From Antedon mediterranea (lineage: Eukaryota > Animalia > Echinodermata), in the NCBI RefSeq assembly GCF_964355755.1, contig NC_092675.1:23656912-23720911 (forward strand): a stretch of 64,000 bases of DNA, in the 5' to 3' direction. Shown here piece by piece: positions 1 to 13,675 of the stretch. Every line of letters begins with the position of its first letter. Position 1 is the first letter of the stretch. The translations under genes and the position numbers were made by a program. The notes under the pieces were generated by a model. The model searched no databases, was not told the origin of the DNA, and saw nothing but the letters and a program-made list of their open reading frames with translations.

Positions 1-360
1 CATGTATTGGATGAAAGAACATTGATGAGAGTTCATGTATTGGATGAAAGAACATTGATGAGAGTTCATGTATTGGATGAAAGAACATTGATGAGAGTTC
101 ATGTATTGGATGAAAGAACATTGATGAGAGTTCATGTATAGAACATAACAATGAAAGAACAATGATGAGAGTCATGTATTGGATGAAAGAAAATTGATGA
201 GAGTTCATGTATTGGATGAAAGAACATTGATGAGAGTTCATGTATTGGATGAAAGTAGCATTGAAAAGACATTGATGGAAATGCATGTATTGAACATGAA
301 AGAACATTGATGAAAGTTCATGTTTTGAATGAAAGAGCATTGATAAAAGTTCATGTATTG
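1..360. repeat. 33-bp minisatellite in a guanylyl cyclase intron
   Basis: Unit CATGTATTGGATGAAAGAACATTGATGAGAGTT repeated about 10 times, decaying to the right and truncated by the window edge. Confidence 0.95.
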
Positions 361-520
361 AACAAAATAAACACAGACTGGGTCTTAGTTACAGTATTTT
401 AAAATGTATGCTTTATTCAGTTTTTAATCTTTGCAATAATATACTTTAATAAGAACTTATTTATAAACTCACTTATGTGATATACAAAGAGTACTCTGGC
501 ATAAAATGATTCTTACTCAC

Positions 521-3500
521 AATCCATCCTGAAGTGGTGCAATAATTTTCTTTACTTCTAGAAAGGTTGGTCTTTCTTCTGGAATTTCTCTCCAACATTT
601 GCGCATACATGTGATAACACATGGAGGAGCATTTTCAATTATGTCGCTAATATCTGGTCTGTAAGCTGGAAATAAGCCTGTTTCCACACGTGATATGATG
701 ACTAAGAATAAAATTATAATTAGTATAGATTGGATTACAAGATTCTGGAACTGTTGGTTTGTAATTTTTATTATTTAAAATAATTATTTGAACAGGGTGG
801 GGTGGTCCAATAAGTCAAACAAAGACTGGTGTCCTTTGGGGCCATGTGTATGTTATAAATGTCAAAATACACAGACAAATTACAATCTCTATGATGGTAT
901 ATGCACATAATGATAAATTAATTTATGAGTTATAAATTTAAATCTGAACATTAATTTTCTCAAATGATTCAAAAAGCTGCCGGGGCAAAATAATAGAATG
1001 AATGTCTAATGAAGGTGAATAAGAACGTTATTTAAACTGGCAACTATATTTGTGTATTTCAAACTTGTAAAATATGTTTAAATAAGGTAATTTGGGACCA
1101 AAAATCAAAAGATAACTTTTAAGTAATATTTTATATGTGCCAATATTAAGTATGTTTTATGTATTGTAATAATTTTTTTTTATTGTCTTTTCTAAATTTG
1201 TTATTGAGGACTTTCATGGGCTATCCTGCATCTCTGTATCTGTCTTTTTAACATTTTTTAATTGTATATATCTTTCTGTATCATAAACTGTGTATGTATT
1301 TTTAATGAGATGCAAATAAATCAAATCAAACTTTGTTATATTTACTAATTGTTATAATTTATTGTTTGTTTATTAGTGTTTCTCACCTTCTGGTTCCTCT
1401 TCATTCAAATGATATGGTTCTGCTCTACTGTATATCTCATTTAATATAATAGCAAAAGAATATACATCACCACTGCATGATCCTGCTGGTGGCATCGACT
1501 CCCCTTCTTTAAGGTGTTCAGGAGCCCTCCAAAACAGATCTACAATAACATAAGAATTTTCTTATTTTTGTGGTTTACTAATTTTTATTAGAATATAGAT
1601 AAAAACATTAAAATGTAACTATAGGATATTTGTTATACTTCAGGCCTATTGCCTCATTATAACACAATAATTTGTTATTTTCAAATTACTAGCAGTTCAA
1701 TCCAGTCAATTCTTAAAGTAGTAAATTTTCTTAATAAATTTGGTTCCCACTCGAACGCAACACAACATCATAGCTACCATGCAATGCAAATGAGTTGACC
1801 AATCACAAGCAACAGTCTGGATGATCCATCATGTCGCGATGGGCCCAATTACTTGTGGTGCGTTGCGTCCAAGTGGAACCATGCCTTTGATACAGAGAGC
1901 CATCGTAAAACTACAGATTCCTAATTTTAACTACTTAGAACTTTCCTTTTTTAAGTCTAAGAAATATTAATAAAAGAGCTTTCAAATTTTGAACTTATTC
2001 GAAAAATGATGTCCATCTACTATATATTCAAATTTGTTATGCAGATATGAAAAAATAGTGTACATCCCTTTCACATTACCCCTGTACCTGTAAAGCGTGG
2101 TTCCCACTAGCAACGCAACGACGTAACGCAACGCAAGTGAATTGACCAATCACAAGCGATGGCTTATTCGTTTGTGATTGCTAACTGTCTATAACTTCGC
2201 TTGTCATTGGTTAAAACGCTTGCGTTGCGTTTATGTCCTTGCGTTACGTTCTAGTGGGAACCAAGCTTTAGTCAACGGAAGTAAATAGTGGCTTACTCTT
2301 TGACTTAATATAAAGATCATCATCATCCACATTATCTTGTCCTTTCTTGAGTTCATGTAAGCCATAATCAGTTATACTCAACACCCAGCGATTGTCCACC
2401 ACACAGTTACTAGACTTTAGGTTGCCATGTGAATTTATTGCTGAACTATGTAGGTAGATCATGCCTTTCACTAGATCAGCAAGCAATGATGATAAAAACA
2501 TGTTGTCCAGCTTAATGTCCTCTGCCTCTAGAATATCCTTAATACATAGTAATGAAGAAAACATGTGTATATCAGCATTCTGCAAACTTTTTATTTCGCA
2601 GCCTAAAATCCGGTTTCCTTGGACAAGTAGTGACCCAAACAGGACCAACGTTATGAAGCTAATGTAGAAGCTACCTCAGCTCCACAATGGTTGGGCTTCA
2701 GACATGTGTTCCGGCCTAAATTTTGGCCGCAGCCCATACATTAGTTAGCAGAACATCGGTATATTATGACCTAACTTTTTTAGATAGGCCTACATTTATT
2801 TACAAACATTGATAGATATCTATACTATATTTCTTTAATTTTATTTAACATTTTGTGTATGTGTTGAACCTTTTGTGAAGTTCCTGTTTAGGGCAGGTAA
2901 CTAAATAAATTAAACAATTATTTTCTGTTTTAATAATATTATGCTTTAAGAATTTCTTATGGATCTTTATTAGATCTTTTTTGTCGTACTGGAGAGATCC
3001 TACAGTATGTTCAGAACGTGTCATCTCACCTGGAGACTTCCTTTAGCAGCATATTTCATTAAAATAGCCATATTGGGACTATCAACACAAGCACCAATAA
3101 ATGGACACAGATTATCATGTCGAATATCTCTCACCTAAAAGATCAAATGGTTTATATTGTGCATTGTGCTTCCAAAATAACATCATGCGCCATAATAAAG
3201 ATAACATTCAAGATTCAAGACATTTTATTGGTCCACTTTTTAAATGGAGATTCGTTTTGCTTGGCATAATTAAGAAAATAAAAAGACAAATACAGCAAAT
3301 TGCCAAAGGAAATGTTATAATAATGATAATCAATCAGTCATAGGCTTCTAAAAAAATATATATTTATTCTTATAATAACTATTATTATTATCATTTTCTA
3401 AATAAAACATTTAAAATAATTTTTTAACAGTAAGTACTGTGAAAAGAATCTTACTATTTTAAGCTCTTTTCTTATTGATCTTGTCACCTGAATACTACTC

Positions 3501-4128
3501 TTGTTGAGAAGTTTAACAGCACACAATGTATCCTAAAATAATGATAAATCAAAAGGCAAAGTACTGAAAATATAACAAATGCTGTGAGTGTCAGTTTCTT
3601 AATCTCAATGGAGATGCTAAGCAGAAAGCTAAACAATAAAGTAAAACAGAACGAAAGAAATTGCAGAGCTTTCGGATAACACAAATACTTTCAGTGCATT
3701 TTTTCCGGGTGCAAAGACACAACACACCTTTCAATTATATTAAAGAACTTTCTTTCCAGATTACATGATTACATTCAAAAATAATATTCCAAAATATATT
3801 TCAACCACAACAATTGGGAACATTTTTCAGCGTGTTTGTAGCAAAATATAATAATACTGAATGCAGAAATGTTTGGCTCGATAAAAGTATGCTGCAATAC
3901 ATTTTACATTCAAAAAGTTACTGCAATTGATTACAGGTGTTCATATGATGGTAGGATATTAGAGAGTAAGAACAAACATGCTTTTCAATCTGTTATGGGT
4001 GTAGGGTCTGCAAATGGAGGTAGTGAGTGAGTGGCCGAGCGGTTAAGACAGTGAAACCGTAATTAAGTAGCCATAACATCGGCAAGGGTTCGAGGCTCAC
4101 TCGCTCCATGGTTCTGGTGGTAGAACGA

Positions 4129-4162
<34 letters not shown>

Positions 4163-4845
4163 AGTGTACACATAGCTCATGCGCACTTTAAAGAACCTAG
4201 TACATCTTTCGAGACGAGTAGGGGTTTACCCCGGTGTACTAGTCCACACAAACACAGCCACTGTCACACACAGCCACTGTGCAAATTGGGACTGGGCCGT
4301 TTCAGAGGTGTTTACCACCTGTTGGTCCAGATCCTTCACTAACTGAGTTAGTGAGAAGTCGAATAAATTAAAAAAAATAAAATAAAAATAAAAATACTTA
4401 TAGTATTGTTGTAAAAAATCAAATTAAACCTTATAATCAACCACTGTAGCATAACGTTGCATTTGGTTCAAGTTTCTTGACATTGATATCTGACTTATTG
4501 CCTAAAATAAAACAAATATATACATAACAAAATATAAGAAAAAAAAGACTGAAACTATTACGTTAAAGAGTGAAGGAAAGGCGATTGATGTTGAAACCAT
4601 TGGAATACAACATTCAGATTGTGGAGAGGACCAACGGGAACAACATACAGCAAATGGAATGATTATACCCTTATTTACAGTATAAGAAAATGAAAGCATG
4701 TGGAATCAAATATAAGATTAATCTGTTTCATCGACATACTTTTTGATAAATATTTATTTTTTAAAAAGATGCAGGAGATGTGCCTGATATTTAACTTATT
4801 CTGTGTCACTTGATTTCATCTCAATGCAGCAACTATTCAATTTAT

Positions 4846-4892
<47 letters not shown>

Positions 4893-7800
4893 ATATTTCA
4901 ATTTTTTTAGTTTCATAAATAACATATTTAAAATATACATACAGCCATACTCTGATGCCTTTGCCTTTCTTTCACATCTACCCAATCAACTTTCCAAACT
5001 AAACTGTCCAAATCTGTCTCATACTTTCTTTTTCTGCATAGGAATACAATAAAATAAACATTCAGAATGTTATTTTATTTAAGTTACTTTTCAGAATGCA
5101 TGTGTAGTAACAAACACAAATTTAAAAAGTTACAGCTAGTGATAAACACAAAATAAATTCAACTTCTCAATCCTTCCATCTAAAACATCAATTAAAACAA
5201 TTAAATAGTACAGCAGTAATAGTATTTATTTTTATTTATTTTTTACTTGAACCATATTAAATGAGGGTGACCCATCCAGTTAAATTTCTGAACATACCTC
5301 AGAACAGATACAATTACAATACACAAAATACAACAAAAACAGAAAAGTAAAAGAAAAACAAAAGCCTATAAATAAAATAAATTACATGAGAATTAAAAAT
5401 CTGACAATAACAAAATAAGACAATTTGGAAATATAAAAAATAAATGATATGTTAAATTAAACAGAAATGGGTTAGGGTTAGTTACAGCCAGTGATCAACA
5501 CAAAATAAATTCTCCATCATCCATCTAAAACAGTAGCAACAGCAGTAAAAGTAGCAGTATATTACCAGTAGCAGCAGCAGTAGTATTATCAACAGCTGCT
5601 ACACCACCAATACCAGTAGAAGTACTACTAGTACTATATAATGTTATTGTTTCATAAATTATTTTTAGGATGTGGTAACAAGCTGAATTATATATTCTTT
5701 AATGAATTTTCAGATCAAAATAAATATAACTTTATAATGAGGTTATAATGTGAATAAGCTGTCTCATACTTTGTTTAGATCATTTTGGATCTTTGGAAAT
5801 TGAAATAACTGTTTTAAATTAGTTTTTAAATTAATATTTACCTGTATATACTGACAGAAATAATTATGATGATTATCGGCACTATACACACAACTGCCAT
5901 ATGATCTAAAACAAAATAAAATGCCAATTAGAATAACTAACAAAAAAAAAACATTATCAGTTTTATTTAACTACAATATAAACAAACACGGATGTGCAAT
6001 ACTCGGGGTACAGCAAAAGAAGCTGTAATGACATCATAAGACGGGATGTGACGTCACATACACCTTGCTACCAAATAGTTTATACGGCAATACGGTACCA
6101 TCTTCGAGACGTCATATGGCTGCATCCGGTTTGAAATTTTAAAATCCGGCTCTATAGCTTTGAGTTGGGTACCCCGAGTAAAAACAGTGATTGTGATTCT
6201 GTGTATGGAAGGAATAAAATAAAGTAGTTCTTAGATATTTTCACAACCAAGTTTACAAGTGTACTTACTTGGAACTTGACAAAGTTCACCATAATATCCA
6301 CATGTCGGGTAATCTATAGGTGGGCTGGTGCGATGAGGCCAATGAATACCAGGCAACCCAGAGAGTGAATTGTACATCTACAGTAGGTGATTAAAAGTAA
6401 AACATAATTTATTCTGTCAAGTAAAACAGATAAAAAAACATACCAAACTATGATATTGAACCAAGAAGAAAGCAATAATGTAATACAATCAACCAATTCT
6501 ATTTTTTATTGTAAATGTAATGTATCTCTCCATTTCGTGAGGCTTTTTGAAATTGAACGAATTGAATATAATAAGCTAAAAAAAACGTGAAAACAAATTA
6601 ATTCAGAAGTTTAACAAATATTTGAATGTTGAGAATTAAAAACACTTGTTAATTATTTCAAAAAATTATCTAGATTTTCAGGAATTTTACTCAGACCACC
6701 TATAACTAGTATATTTAAAAGAAAATTATATGTAAAAGTACTGTACCATCTAATTCTCCCTTAGACAAAGTTTTAGTAAAATAATTCAACTGTGCTAGTA
6801 TGATTTCTTTAGTCTCAGGTCTCAGGAAACAAGATGTTCTCAACTTCTATAGGCCACCTACACTGCGACCGATTTAATAAAATATTAATTGAATAAAAAA
6901 GAGCATTAAAAATATTTTCTTACCCATATTCTATTTGTAATATTATGTTTGATCTGTGCTACTGCTAGCATTCCATTTTCACCATTTGATGGCAACTGAT
7001 TCATATCTCTGACATCATAAGCAACATAGGAATCGCCACTATCAATATCAAACTGTATTGACACTGAACTAATACCTGAAAAAAAAAAAAAACAACAGAT
7101 AAAACAAGAACGGACATCAAGATAAAGATTTAAGTCGTTGGTAACTATTGTTATGGATATGCTATCATGTGTTAATGTTCTGAATGTCATCTTTTATTTT
7201 GTATTTATTCATTTTTTTGGAGGGTGGCGGTGGGTACATGACCGAGCAGAGGCAGGGCATCAAATTGAGGTGCCGGATTGGCTTGTTTGCGGCAGACATG
7301 TTTAAATGTTTTATTCTATTCGACATCAAGCACTCTAGTATTCAACTACTGTAGGCCTACAAATATTACAATGGAAAATACATTACTCATTCAAGTCATC
7401 TGTATTGTATTATTACAGTATATTTAAACAAGACATTCTAGTTTTCCTGTACTAATTTGCATATACTATTTCCAGACTTATTCTGCTAAATCCTAATACT
7501 TACTACCTTATTTGTTATGGTAAAAAACAAATAAAAACAAACTTTGAATCTCTCGTCCTTTAATCTTGTTGATGAAAGCAGTTACATTTCCAATATCTTC
7601 TCCATCAACTACCATCTCATGCAGAACATTTGCCCAGAGTACAACTGCATCGTACAAGAATGCACCGTAAGTAAACCATGTTCTACTCTGTAATAGTAAT
7701 AGTAGTAAAACCAAAAACATTCATTAACAAAATTTGTTTACATAATATTATGTAATACCTCTTAATTTATTTCTTATTAGCATCAGTGTTCTCCAGAAGC

Positions 7801-10800
7801 AGGTTTGACCAGAAAAAATTGGCAGAATAAATTGTCTCAAACCGGTATTAAAAATGGTATAACAAAATTATACATAAAATAAACATTATTAATTAAACAA
7901 ATTATCTAGTAGGCCTATAGGCCTAGTGGTAGGTTAGGCCTATAGCAATTAACATAGACAAGAGCAATTGAAGGCTATATTTTGTCAGTTGGATAGACAA
8001 TTTGATTTCTATATTGTAAAAACACTGAGCAATTCATGCAAACAGTTTTATTTGTATATGTAACCATACCGAGGAGGCACTGGGTGAGGTAAATGGCTCT
8101 GCTTGAGATATGTTGACAACTTCTTCCTTAAAACTGTCATAAGTAGGGTTTGCATCGATACTAGGGGTCAACAGCAACACCGATTGGAATGCTATATCAG
8201 CTGCCTCATCCTCTCCATCCTCTACACCTAAATCTACACACAATGAGTAAGATTTCCCATAAATACATACACTTTTTAAATATGAGTGTTGCGGTCATTA
8301 AATGTAATGTTGATCTTTGCATCCAATCATATTTAAGTAAGTTTTGTCCTATATTGTACCATGGAGAAATAAGTTAACTTATTTCTCCATGATTGTACTA
8401 AATGCTCAGTAAATTGAGATTGAGAGTATACTGTGCTTTTTTAACATGCATCAGAGAGCTGTAGACAGTATACCTACATGTTATTGTTTTTTTTTGTTAG
8501 TAAAAAATAAAGATTCAGTCAGATGTTTTGTCTATGATGTAAATGGGTTAAAGACCCCTTCCCTGCAATTTTGGACGTTTTTTGGAAAATAATACATATA
8601 TATCACTTTAAAAACATTAAACCATGTCATTCCTTGTCTTAAATGTACGTTTTATGGTAAATTATGATAAAAAGTGAGAAACAATGCACTACCTAAGTAG
8701 CTCGCGGCGATCGACCTCTCGTGGACGGTCTTAGGCCTAGCCTAGCTAGGCTTAGTTTTGTAGGCCTAGCTGGTAAACATCGGTAACGTACGAACATCGT
8801 ACGCTACCTATATACCTAGCCTGACGTTGTATAGTTGCTGCATTAATTGTCTTTCTATTTTTGCCAGACTCCGTTGATACAAATTGGGGAAAACCCGGTA
8901 TTTTCGCTGAAAAGTTAGGAGTCTTCCATTTGTTTTGGCCTCACGATCGATCGAAAAGTGGGCGAATTACAGGTGAAAAACAAAAATATCAATCCGCGCG
9001 CAATGCATTTTGGGATTTATAGCGGGCCGCTATAATTATTAGAATCGACTTATTTTTCACATTTTTAACCGTTTAAAGACGAAAAAAGTTATCGCAATAG
9101 GATCATATAGTATTATTTTTACATTAAATATAGTTTGTGATCTTAAATTAGATCTAAAAAACGTAGGGAATGGGGCTTTAACTAACTACTAAATCATAGT
9201 AGATAAAATATCATCATGTTGGTGCAGTATCCATTGCTTCACTACAGTAAGTTTGGATCTAACCATAGCCATCAGTACAAGCTTTTTGGTCTAGAAGTAT
9301 GAATGCCAGGTTTATGACTTATACTTATACTGAGCATGTTCAGTAAAAGTATGTCTGAGTATTAGTGTGATTAAGATTAAGAAGTGACATCTCATTTTAC
9401 TAATATGTATATATATTTACAAGATATTTGATGGAAATCTTCATCACTGCGTTCATTGTAGTCCAGAATCGATCCAATAATAACATAATCCCCAGTATTT
9501 AGGATTCCTACAGAAAATGCTGCCAATGCAAAAAGTCGTAGTTCCCATGGCTCACCAAAAAATACATATACTGAAATGCAAAAATACAGTAGGTTAACAA
9601 AAAATTAGTTTCACTAAATTGCATGAGGGAAGTTGAAAATGATATTTTTGTATCTGTACAACAAGCATTTTTTAAAAAGGTCGCATCTGATGCATGTGTC
9701 TACTGTAGACAATTTGCCATAAGGAAATTTCCATGAGAACTTAGATTACCTAAACATTTTATTCTCAAAGTATCATAAATTATATGCCTTATAAGTTATA
9801 CTTATCGTAATGTCTTTAATATTTCTAAAAAATATGTAGAAAATAGACATGTTTTCAACAAAAGAACTGATTTATGTATGTAATGCAAGTTACTGAAACA
9901 TGAAGTTTTCCTCTCATTCAATTTGTTGTTTTTTATTTAAATGAAAAGACTATAGTTTTCTAAAGTATGTCTTTTTAGTTGATGTGCATCAAGATTTATT
10001 TAAACTTTCTCAGACAATTGTTTCTATATAAATTAGACTTTATTATATCATTTTGGGACTAAATTCTGTATGTTATGACTTTGACAAGGCAGAAACTAAC
10101 TACAATTGACATAAACATTTATATCAAAGAAGATGAAAAGACACAGATTAGAAAAAATATATCAAAATAACAATTTTATAGAGTTCTGCGGTGTGACGTC
10201 ACAACGATAGAGGCCGCTGCATGGTTGCTAGCCAACCAAAAAAATGCGTTCAACGCTACTATGTTGATAAACTGTACAGATCTGTATTTCTATCAAATTG
10301 TGTATCTATTCTTAGCTTGATTTTAACTTAAACTGTAGTTGAAGAATAAATAGATCATTAAAAACAAGTGTTTAGTGAAAATTATTAAGTTTTAAAATGA
10401 CTACTTCAATAAGCCTATTCCAAACTATTGGTGACTTGAGAGTCACTCAGGCAGGTTTAACACATTTGTTGGTTGGCTAGCAACCATGCAGCTCCACCTA
10501 CCATACGTCAGCACCGCAGAACTCTATAAATATTAAAATTGGAGCCTACTTCTAGTTCCTTGATATGTTTCCTGTATCAGATGTTTAAAGTTGTTCTTTA
10601 CACTGCAGACATGTTGTCTAACTTCCCTCAAAGCAACATCTGTGTACATGTCGCATCCTTGCGAGCTTGGTTCAGTTGAGTAAATCTTAATATTGTTGAT
10701 GGTTTTTTGGTTTTCAAACAAAATATTTCTTGTGAACCATAATGGTATTAACCATTTGGATTCATTACGTGCCACTAGTGTTACCTATAAAATGTTGGAT

Positions 10801-12881
10801 TTGAAATGTATTTATATAAATGAGGTTCTGTAAGTTTATTTACATGTAAAAAGACAGATGAAACAGTGATGACATATTAAGGCTGTATTACCAAAGAGAA
10901 AAAAAAAATTTGGATCATAATGTTTGCACACCAACGTTGGGAAAAATGTGCAAACTATAAAAATGTTATTCAAAACAATAAAAACTCAGAATATCTGACT
11001 TGGTAGTTCACATTTAAACAAATTGTAAATTCCATTAAATGAGTTTTTTATTTAATATATTCAATTTCCGAATATTTTGGATTTCAAATATTAATTAATA
11101 CTAGCTACTTACTAAAGTAATCAAAACCACTCAAAAAATAACTTGACATGAACAAATATTTGATTAAAATTTACATCAACTTTTAAAGTTGACGTTCCTT
11201 TACACAGTTAAAAAATAACTTTTCTGAGTGGGGAGTTCATTCTGGGTAGAAAGGCACAAAGTCAGTTTTGCACCCGCACATGTAGGATCTCAAGGAAATA
11301 TAATATAAACACTTGATTATTAGATATTAATATAAAACAAAATTGATATTTATAGTATGACCTACTTTTTGCCAGTTGAAGGTGTTCATCAACTCAATTA
11401 TTGCATAGCTTATGTACTTTCGTTTAGGCAGTACACTTAGAAATAACTCTGGTGTGTCCATGTCTTCAGTTTCATAAATATCAACATAACAAGCCTGATA
11501 AGAAATAAATCATAATTTCTTCTGGCTCTAAATTCAAAATAGTACTGCAATTAAATAATTTCCCATAACAAAATATTATCAAATATATATCTACAACGAC
11601 TACACTGTGATCAATGAAAAATTACGGCATGGGCATATTTTGTGTTTGATACATTGTTTATGTTAAGTTAATAATAATTTTTTAGAGTTTCTAGGCTACT
11701 CATTATGGATATGCCCTACTATAAATCTGAAATATAAAAAAATATAAGTACAATATCAAATAACAAATTAAAACAAATTCATCTCAAAATATCATTTTAT
11801 TAGGATTTACATGCTACGACTTTATCCAAATTCCCTCACTGGCACTGATAAAGGGCTAGTGTTGCCTGAAAGCTCTGCTAACTTTTCTGGCTGTTTACTT
11901 TATCGTTTTGATTTAGCTTTTCGCTTTTTTTTTTGTATCTCCATTGAGATCCAGCCACTGATACCCACAGCATTGTCATTTTTTTCAGTAATTTGCCTTT
12001 TGATTTTATTAGGATAGATGAATTAAAATGTGTGTTTATGAAACCAATTTCTACTAAATGAATATAGGCCTAGGCCTAGGTATATTATTTTTATTGTTAT
12101 TTGATGAATAAACATATTTGTATTTGTAGTTAGGCCTACTTACATAATCTATCATAGGTAAACCAATAGCAGTTGAAAAACGGCTTTCATAATCACAGCT
12201 GCAACCAGTTCCAACAAAGCCAAATACATTGTCTGCCCACATTGAACTAATAGCTGACAATGAAGAAGCTGCATCGCATGCGGTGTCTTGCCAAACCCAC
12301 GTCAAATTTAAATCTTAAGAAACAGGGAAAAAAATAAATAAAATTAATGCCCTAAAATTGGCCTACCTAGCCTAGGCCTCCTATAGGCGGCCTAGCCTAA
12401 TACTAAAGTCATAAAAGGAAGTAGCCTAGCCTAGGCCTATATATAATTATAAGTCACATGAAAACACATTGTAAATGTAAGACAGGCCTAACTAGGCCCT
12501 ACTAGGCCTAGACTAGAGGCTAGGCCTACGTCTATTACTAGTTAGGGCTAGGCCTAGTACAAGCCTAACTTAACTAGGCTAGTATTAATTAGGCATAAGG
12601 CCTCATGCCACGCCTAGGCTAGCTAGGCCTAGGCTAGACATTGTGAACTTCAGTTGGCATGATGGCGAATTCTCACCCGGTAAAACATCAGTATTTTGGT
12701 TGATGTCATTCACGGCCTTAACAAATGCGCCAGCAATTGACGTGCCGTCGTATACGGCATGATTCGTCGATACGATTGTATGAGAGTGAATAAATCCTAA
12801 CTTAATTTCTTCGCTTCTAACAATAACACTAAAAATACTTAAAAGAGAAATTCGAAAGTAGAGATTAAAAAACAGCAACAT
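521..12881 (-). CDS. Receptor-type (membrane) guanylyl cyclase, speract/ANP-receptor-like; partial, cyclase domain continues beyond the left edge
   Basis: 17 GT-AG exons with consistent phases: 12677-12881, 12144-12313, 11366-11494, 10550-10784, 9421-9570, 8070-8233, 7543-7687, 6924-7075, 6269-6377, 5842-5905, 4943-5033, 4430-4501, 3455-3532, 3030-3134, 2297-2537, 1387-1539, 521-701 (about 814 aa). Signal peptide [23 protein letters not shown]; ANF-receptor-type ectodomain ([36 protein letters not shown]); juxtamembrane [21 protein letters not shown]; [21 protein letters not shown]; [18 protein letters not shown]; kinase-homology domain ([65 protein letters not shown]). Confidence 0.95.
1741..1888. 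mobile_element. Degenerate MITE related to the 2091-2270 family
   Basis: TGGTTCCCACT..AACGCAAC at the left, GCGTTGCGT..AGTGGAACCA at the right, and internal TTGACCAATCACAAGC shared with 2091-2270. Confidence 0.7.
2091..2270. mobile_element. MITE, PIF/Harbinger(Tourist)-like, copy 1
   Basis: TIR TAAAGCGTGGTTCCCACTAG / CTAGTGGGAACCAAGCTTTA with TAA/TTA flanks; near-identical copy at 44650-44833. Superfamily inferred from the flanks only. Confidence 0.88.
4023..4395 (+). mobile_element. tRNA-derived SINE with Deu/Nin-like core, copy 1
   Basis: Pol III A box TGGCCGAGCGG and B box GGTTCGAGGC; core GATAAGGACTATAAACCG..GCACTTTAAAGAACC..GAGTAGGGGTTTACCCCGGTGT; A-rich tail; second copy reversed at 35628-35919. 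Confidence 0.88.
4849..4888. repeat. (TA)n microsatellite
   Basis: About 20 TA units. Confidence 0.97.
6000..6180. mobile_element. MITE with 12-bp TIR and TA ends (Tc1/mariner-like)
   Basis: TACTCGGGGTAC ... GTACCCCGAGTA is a perfect inverted pair. Confidence 0.75.
8548..9181. mobile_element. Non-autonomous DNA transposon with TTAA flanks (Kolobok-like)
   Basis: TTAA|AGACCCCTTCCCTGC ... GTAGGGAATGGGGCT|TTAA; interior is more GC-rich than the surrounding intron. Confidence 0.78.
10177..10528. mobile_element. MITE with long inverted termini and TATA flanks
   Basis: TATAGAGTTCTGCGGTG..TGACGT / ACGTCA..CACCGCAGAACTCTATA, plus internal inverted GCTGCATGGTTGCTAGCCAACCAA / TTGGTTGGCTAGCAACCATGCAGC. 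Confidence 0.85.
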
Positions 12882-12899
12882 CTTCAATAATATTAATAT

Positions 12900-13060
12900 G
12901 CGTTCATTTCGTTCCTCTCTTCTTCTTCCACCACCACGCGGCATGCGCGCGCGCCCCACCTCAAAACTTTTTGTCTGTAATATTCTATATAGCGCCCTCT
13001 TACTGAAAAAAAGAGAAAAACTTTTATCCAATCAGATGCTCAGATCGAATTTACCGTTCG
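12900..13060 (-). promoter_or_regulatory. Probable proximal promoter/5' UTR of the guanylyl cyclase gene
   Basis: CpG-rich patch GCGGCATGCGCGCGCGCCCC (12937-12957) and a CCAAT box (TTATCCAATCAG, about 13028) just upstream of the ATG at 12881. Confidence 0.45.
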
Positions 13061-13675
13061 AGAGAGTGCTAGCTAGACAAGTTTAATTTTGTTATTGAAA
13101 GTGCTTTTTTACATATCGAATTCCCAGCAAATTATTTATTGGAAGTCACATACCGGTCTAAAGAAAAGAGACGCTTTGCAACTTTCGGTGGAAATTTGAA
13201 ATCTATTATTTTATAGTTATTCTAAAAAAAGGAGCATTTAAGAGCAATATACCAAGTAATCCTACTAATAGATTTTGTCGTCATGAAAGTAAATTTGGCA
13301 GTTTGTGCTGCTAAACTATTAATGGCAACGAATATAATAACTGAAACGTTCAACATTCATTTATTTAGATACATAATATGAGAATAATCACAAATAAGTC
13401 TTATATAAATCATAACAACTAATGTCAAAGGTCATACACTTATTAAAATAAAAATATAAAATATAATGCATTGTTATGAACAAAATGAAACAGAAATGAT
13501 GACCAGAGTTATAGATGGAATAAAAAGATCTTTCCGTTAGTTTTAGGACAACAATTTTCATTAGGCCAGAGAAGTGCGTGTACAAAAGTCTCTAGATATG
13601 CAAAATTAGCTATTTTTGTGGCATTCCATATTTATAGTTTATGGTAGATTTGTGTTTTCCTCTGGTCCATTATTT

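Noticed and set aside
1-360. 33-bp repeat as CRISPR array or coding repeat
   Set aside because: No spacers; lies in a GC intron and has frame-breaking indels.
4505-4684. Plus-strand open frame (..[31 protein letters not shown]..) in a GC intron
   Set aside because: No start or splice context and no recognisable homology.
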